A stretch of DNA of 64,000 nt from Bugula neritina. Taxonomy: Eukaryota; Animalia; Bryozoa. Location: positions 3,504,741-3,568,740 of the forward strand of contig OZ037768.1 of NCBI GenBank assembly GCA_964035545.1, given 5' to 3'. This document shows positions 61,093-64,000 of this stretch, piece after piece. The position numbers were made by a program, and so were the translations under genes. Positions within the stretch are counted from its first letter, which is position 1, and the number at the start of each line of letters is the position of its first letter. The notes under the pieces were generated by a model, which was not told the origin of the DNA, made no database searches, and saw only the letters and a list, made by a program, of their open reading frames with translations.

Positions 61093-62760
61093 GTAGAAGC
61101 AGAGAGTAATGCTTTATTTAGCCTTAGATTTAGCAATTATTTATGCTGAGAGATACAGGCTAGTCAGCTCTGGCCCCTGAACCAATAATGAATAACCAAT
61201 AAGCATTGTTTGTCATTCTACAGTTTCATGCTGGATATAATGTGTCTTACAAATGTGAGAATATAGGTTAAAAGCTGGACGCAGCAGGTACGGAAATGCA
61301 ACACACCTGTTTATACAACCTGCTTATTTTCTACAGTAGACACAATATATACACATACTGTTGCACAGGCTCTGTATTATAGTGAAATAGGTAATAAAAT
61401 TTATATCAATACAATAATTGTACATTAACAATCATAATTATTCTGATGACAATCATTATGCCTTATTAAACTATAATAGAATAAATAATCGAGCATTGTT
61501 TTCACATTTTTGTTGTTATTTAATGATGACTAATTATATTTGTGAAATAGAATTTGATCTCAAGTTACAGGAGCTTTAATAGCCATGACACCGCATTTGT
61601 AAAAATAAATATCACAGTTAAACTGCATTGTAATATCATTGTAATAAATTTTATGTTATATGTGGAAGTGTTAATATTTAGAGCACAATATTTGCCAAAA
61701 GGATTTCAATTAAAACCAAATTAATTTCCTTGTTCCTCTAAGGTAAGTTTTTATATTTAGGTGTGCTGTGGCCAACCTTACCAAATAATGACAAAAAACA
61801 GTAAAAGACTAATGCTATTGCTGTGCTATAATCACTGGAATGTAGAAATACACCACCATGAAGTATGGCAAAGCTGTTAGTGTAATAGTGTGGTAGTAGA
61901 GTATTTCTTATACAAATCAACATCAATGTTGTGTTTATCAAATGTGAAATAATCATATAAAAACATGTTTTATTTATGTTGTTGTTTTAAGAGATGCAAT
62001 TTGAAAAATCTGCAGGTTGCTATGTGGTATTTTTACCTTTCATTCAGGCTGCCACAGGAGGAAATGATTCATCGACAATGACCAAAATCCTATCACAAAA
62101 ATGCAATCATTCCTAAAATAGTACCTGAATGAACTGGAGACACTTGAGGAAAACCAAAAATATCCATGAAAATCATTTATTTTTCAGTGAAAGAACTTTG
62201 CACTTGAATCAAAATAAATATTTTTGATTTGACTTTTGACATATTATTCTATAATTGTGCAATATTGTAGAAACTTGGTATTCCAAGCTTTACTTGACCT
62301 ATTTTTATTGGCAGCAATTAAATTGGCAAATGTCACTGGCAGTGGATGATATCAGATATAGTGTGTTTTTCATATTTTTACTAATTTTAGTATAATCAGA
62401 AAACAAACAGGGAAACATCATTAGACAAAGCATATGTTACATTCTACAGGCTACATACTGTGACAAAGCAGTTTTTAATCTTGAAATCAAGCTACATTTA
62501 TTTAAAGTTTTCAAAATTATCAAATAAAATAATCATTGGCAGACAACTAAAATAATTGCGAAATTTGGCCCCATTTTGGGTAAAATTTGAAGATAATCTA
62601 TTGCCTAATCATCTAGTGCAGGGTATTTTATTGCTAAACCACATTACATACAATGTGAGTTTGCAGTTTCTATTTCATCATATGATGACACCTTTTATTA
62701 AAACTCTGTCAACATTTAAGTCAGAATTTAACTCAACATATATGCTCATATGCATATATA

Positions 62761-62764
62761 TGTG

Positions 62765-62832
<68 letters not shown>

Positions 62833-62841
62833 TGTGTGTGT
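62761..62841. repeat. (GCGT)n/(GT)n microsatellite
   Basis: About 17 perfect GCGT units. Confidence 0.97.
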
Positions 62842-63794
62842 GGATTAAGACCTTCTTCTTCTTAGCATATTAATGCATCTTTTAATGGAAACATGTGTAC
62901 ACATTATACTGCATAGTTTGCAATTAACTCGGGGTCCTAAGTTCATGATATGTTATATTTAAGTTGGTTAAAATAATTTAGAAAACGATTTTCAATCAAC
63001 CAGGTAGGACATACAAATTATTTTATCATTCTAAATAAGATGGCAGTTTTGGACTTCCAAGACTTACGGTTCATAAAACAATTATGTCATCATTTGAGAC
63101 AAATTTGGACTCACAAACTAAACTTCATATCCAAGTAGAAAGTGCAGGTATATAGATGGCTTTTAATATTCACTAAATCTAATGGGGTATTAGTAAAGAG
63201 TTGCCGATAGCAACAACCTTCAACTTCTGCACCAGACAAGAATTTGCTTATTCCAATATATAGATGTTGCAGATGTGCAGACTTTCTTTTATTAATCAAG
63301 TATTTATACATGCAGCTGACCGCAATTATTACTACTACTATTAGTTGAAAATAAACACTCTTAATTTTGCAAGCAGTATCTATCCTTTGCAGTACATGTA
63401 AAAGTTAATGTTGTAGTACATATACCATACAATTACAGTGAAATTAGGAAGAAATATCACAACTTTTATCTTGTGTGGGTGGCAATTTTATTGCACATCA
63501 AAAGGTGGAGCCATAAATATTTTGCAATACAAATTATAATATAAATTAGCATAAAATTCTAATAAAAATAATTTCAGTAAAAACTATCTAATGGAGTGAA
63601 AAAATTCAAAAGAATTGCTGTAATTTTTCTGTAAACTTTTCTGTCGATGTTCCAACATTCCAAACTGTTAACATGGCTCTAAATTGGCATATTGTATTAA
63701 ATATTTATATTGTGATGCTGATGGAGTGTTCAGAAAGAAGTCTGTAATATTTATATTTCTTAGTTGGTTTCAAGTTATAGACAATTAAAGGCGA

Positions 63795-63862
63795 AGTTGT
63801 AGACAATTATAAACAAAGTTATAGACAATTATAAGCAAAGTTATAGACAATTATAGACAAAG
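63795..63862. repeat. 22-bp tandem repeat (AGTTATAGACAATTATAAACAA) x3
   Basis: Visible tandem copies. Confidence 0.85.
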
Positions 63863-64000
63863 CTAACTTTTGTCAAAACCGTCAATTCAATACTGTTGAG
63901 TGCCACAATGTATCAATTTAATAAATAAACCTGTATTATTAGCAAATTATTAACTAAGTTATAATATTTTACGCTGCATTTCAGATTAGATTTTGATGAA

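Noticed and set aside
62556-62873. 105-aa ORF with CVRA repeats
   Set aside because: Runs through a (GCGT)n microsatellite; no homology signal.

Overview
AT-rich genomic DNA from an invertebrate animal (probably a lophotrochozoan; this is inferred from composition and intron sizes only). It is not prokaryotic, so the ORF track mostly shows exon fragments and repeat-derived noise. Hand splicing at GT-AG junctions gives five intron-containing genes plus one receptor gene with an intronless CDS. These are ARHGAP39/Vilse (+, 21 coding exons), an OTUD4/ALG13/otu-family OTU+Tudor gene that appears to lack its catalytic His (+, 13 exons), TRMT5 (-), TMEM231 (+), PELO/pelota (-, 10 exons) and a GPR161-like class A GPCR (-). 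Introns hold several minisatellites, one of them a tandem amplification of a MITE terminal repeat, as well as MITEs; a tRNA-derived SINE lies between TMEM231 and PELO. The most striking unexplained structure is a degenerate 6-bp-periodic lattice, (A[C/G]T-ATN)n or its reverse complement (A[C/G]T-NAT)n. It occupies hundreds of bases around the 5' end or first intron of all five spliced genes. By eye it is absent from their internal introns and from the GPCR's putative promoter, so it is a candidate promoter-proximal sequence code.
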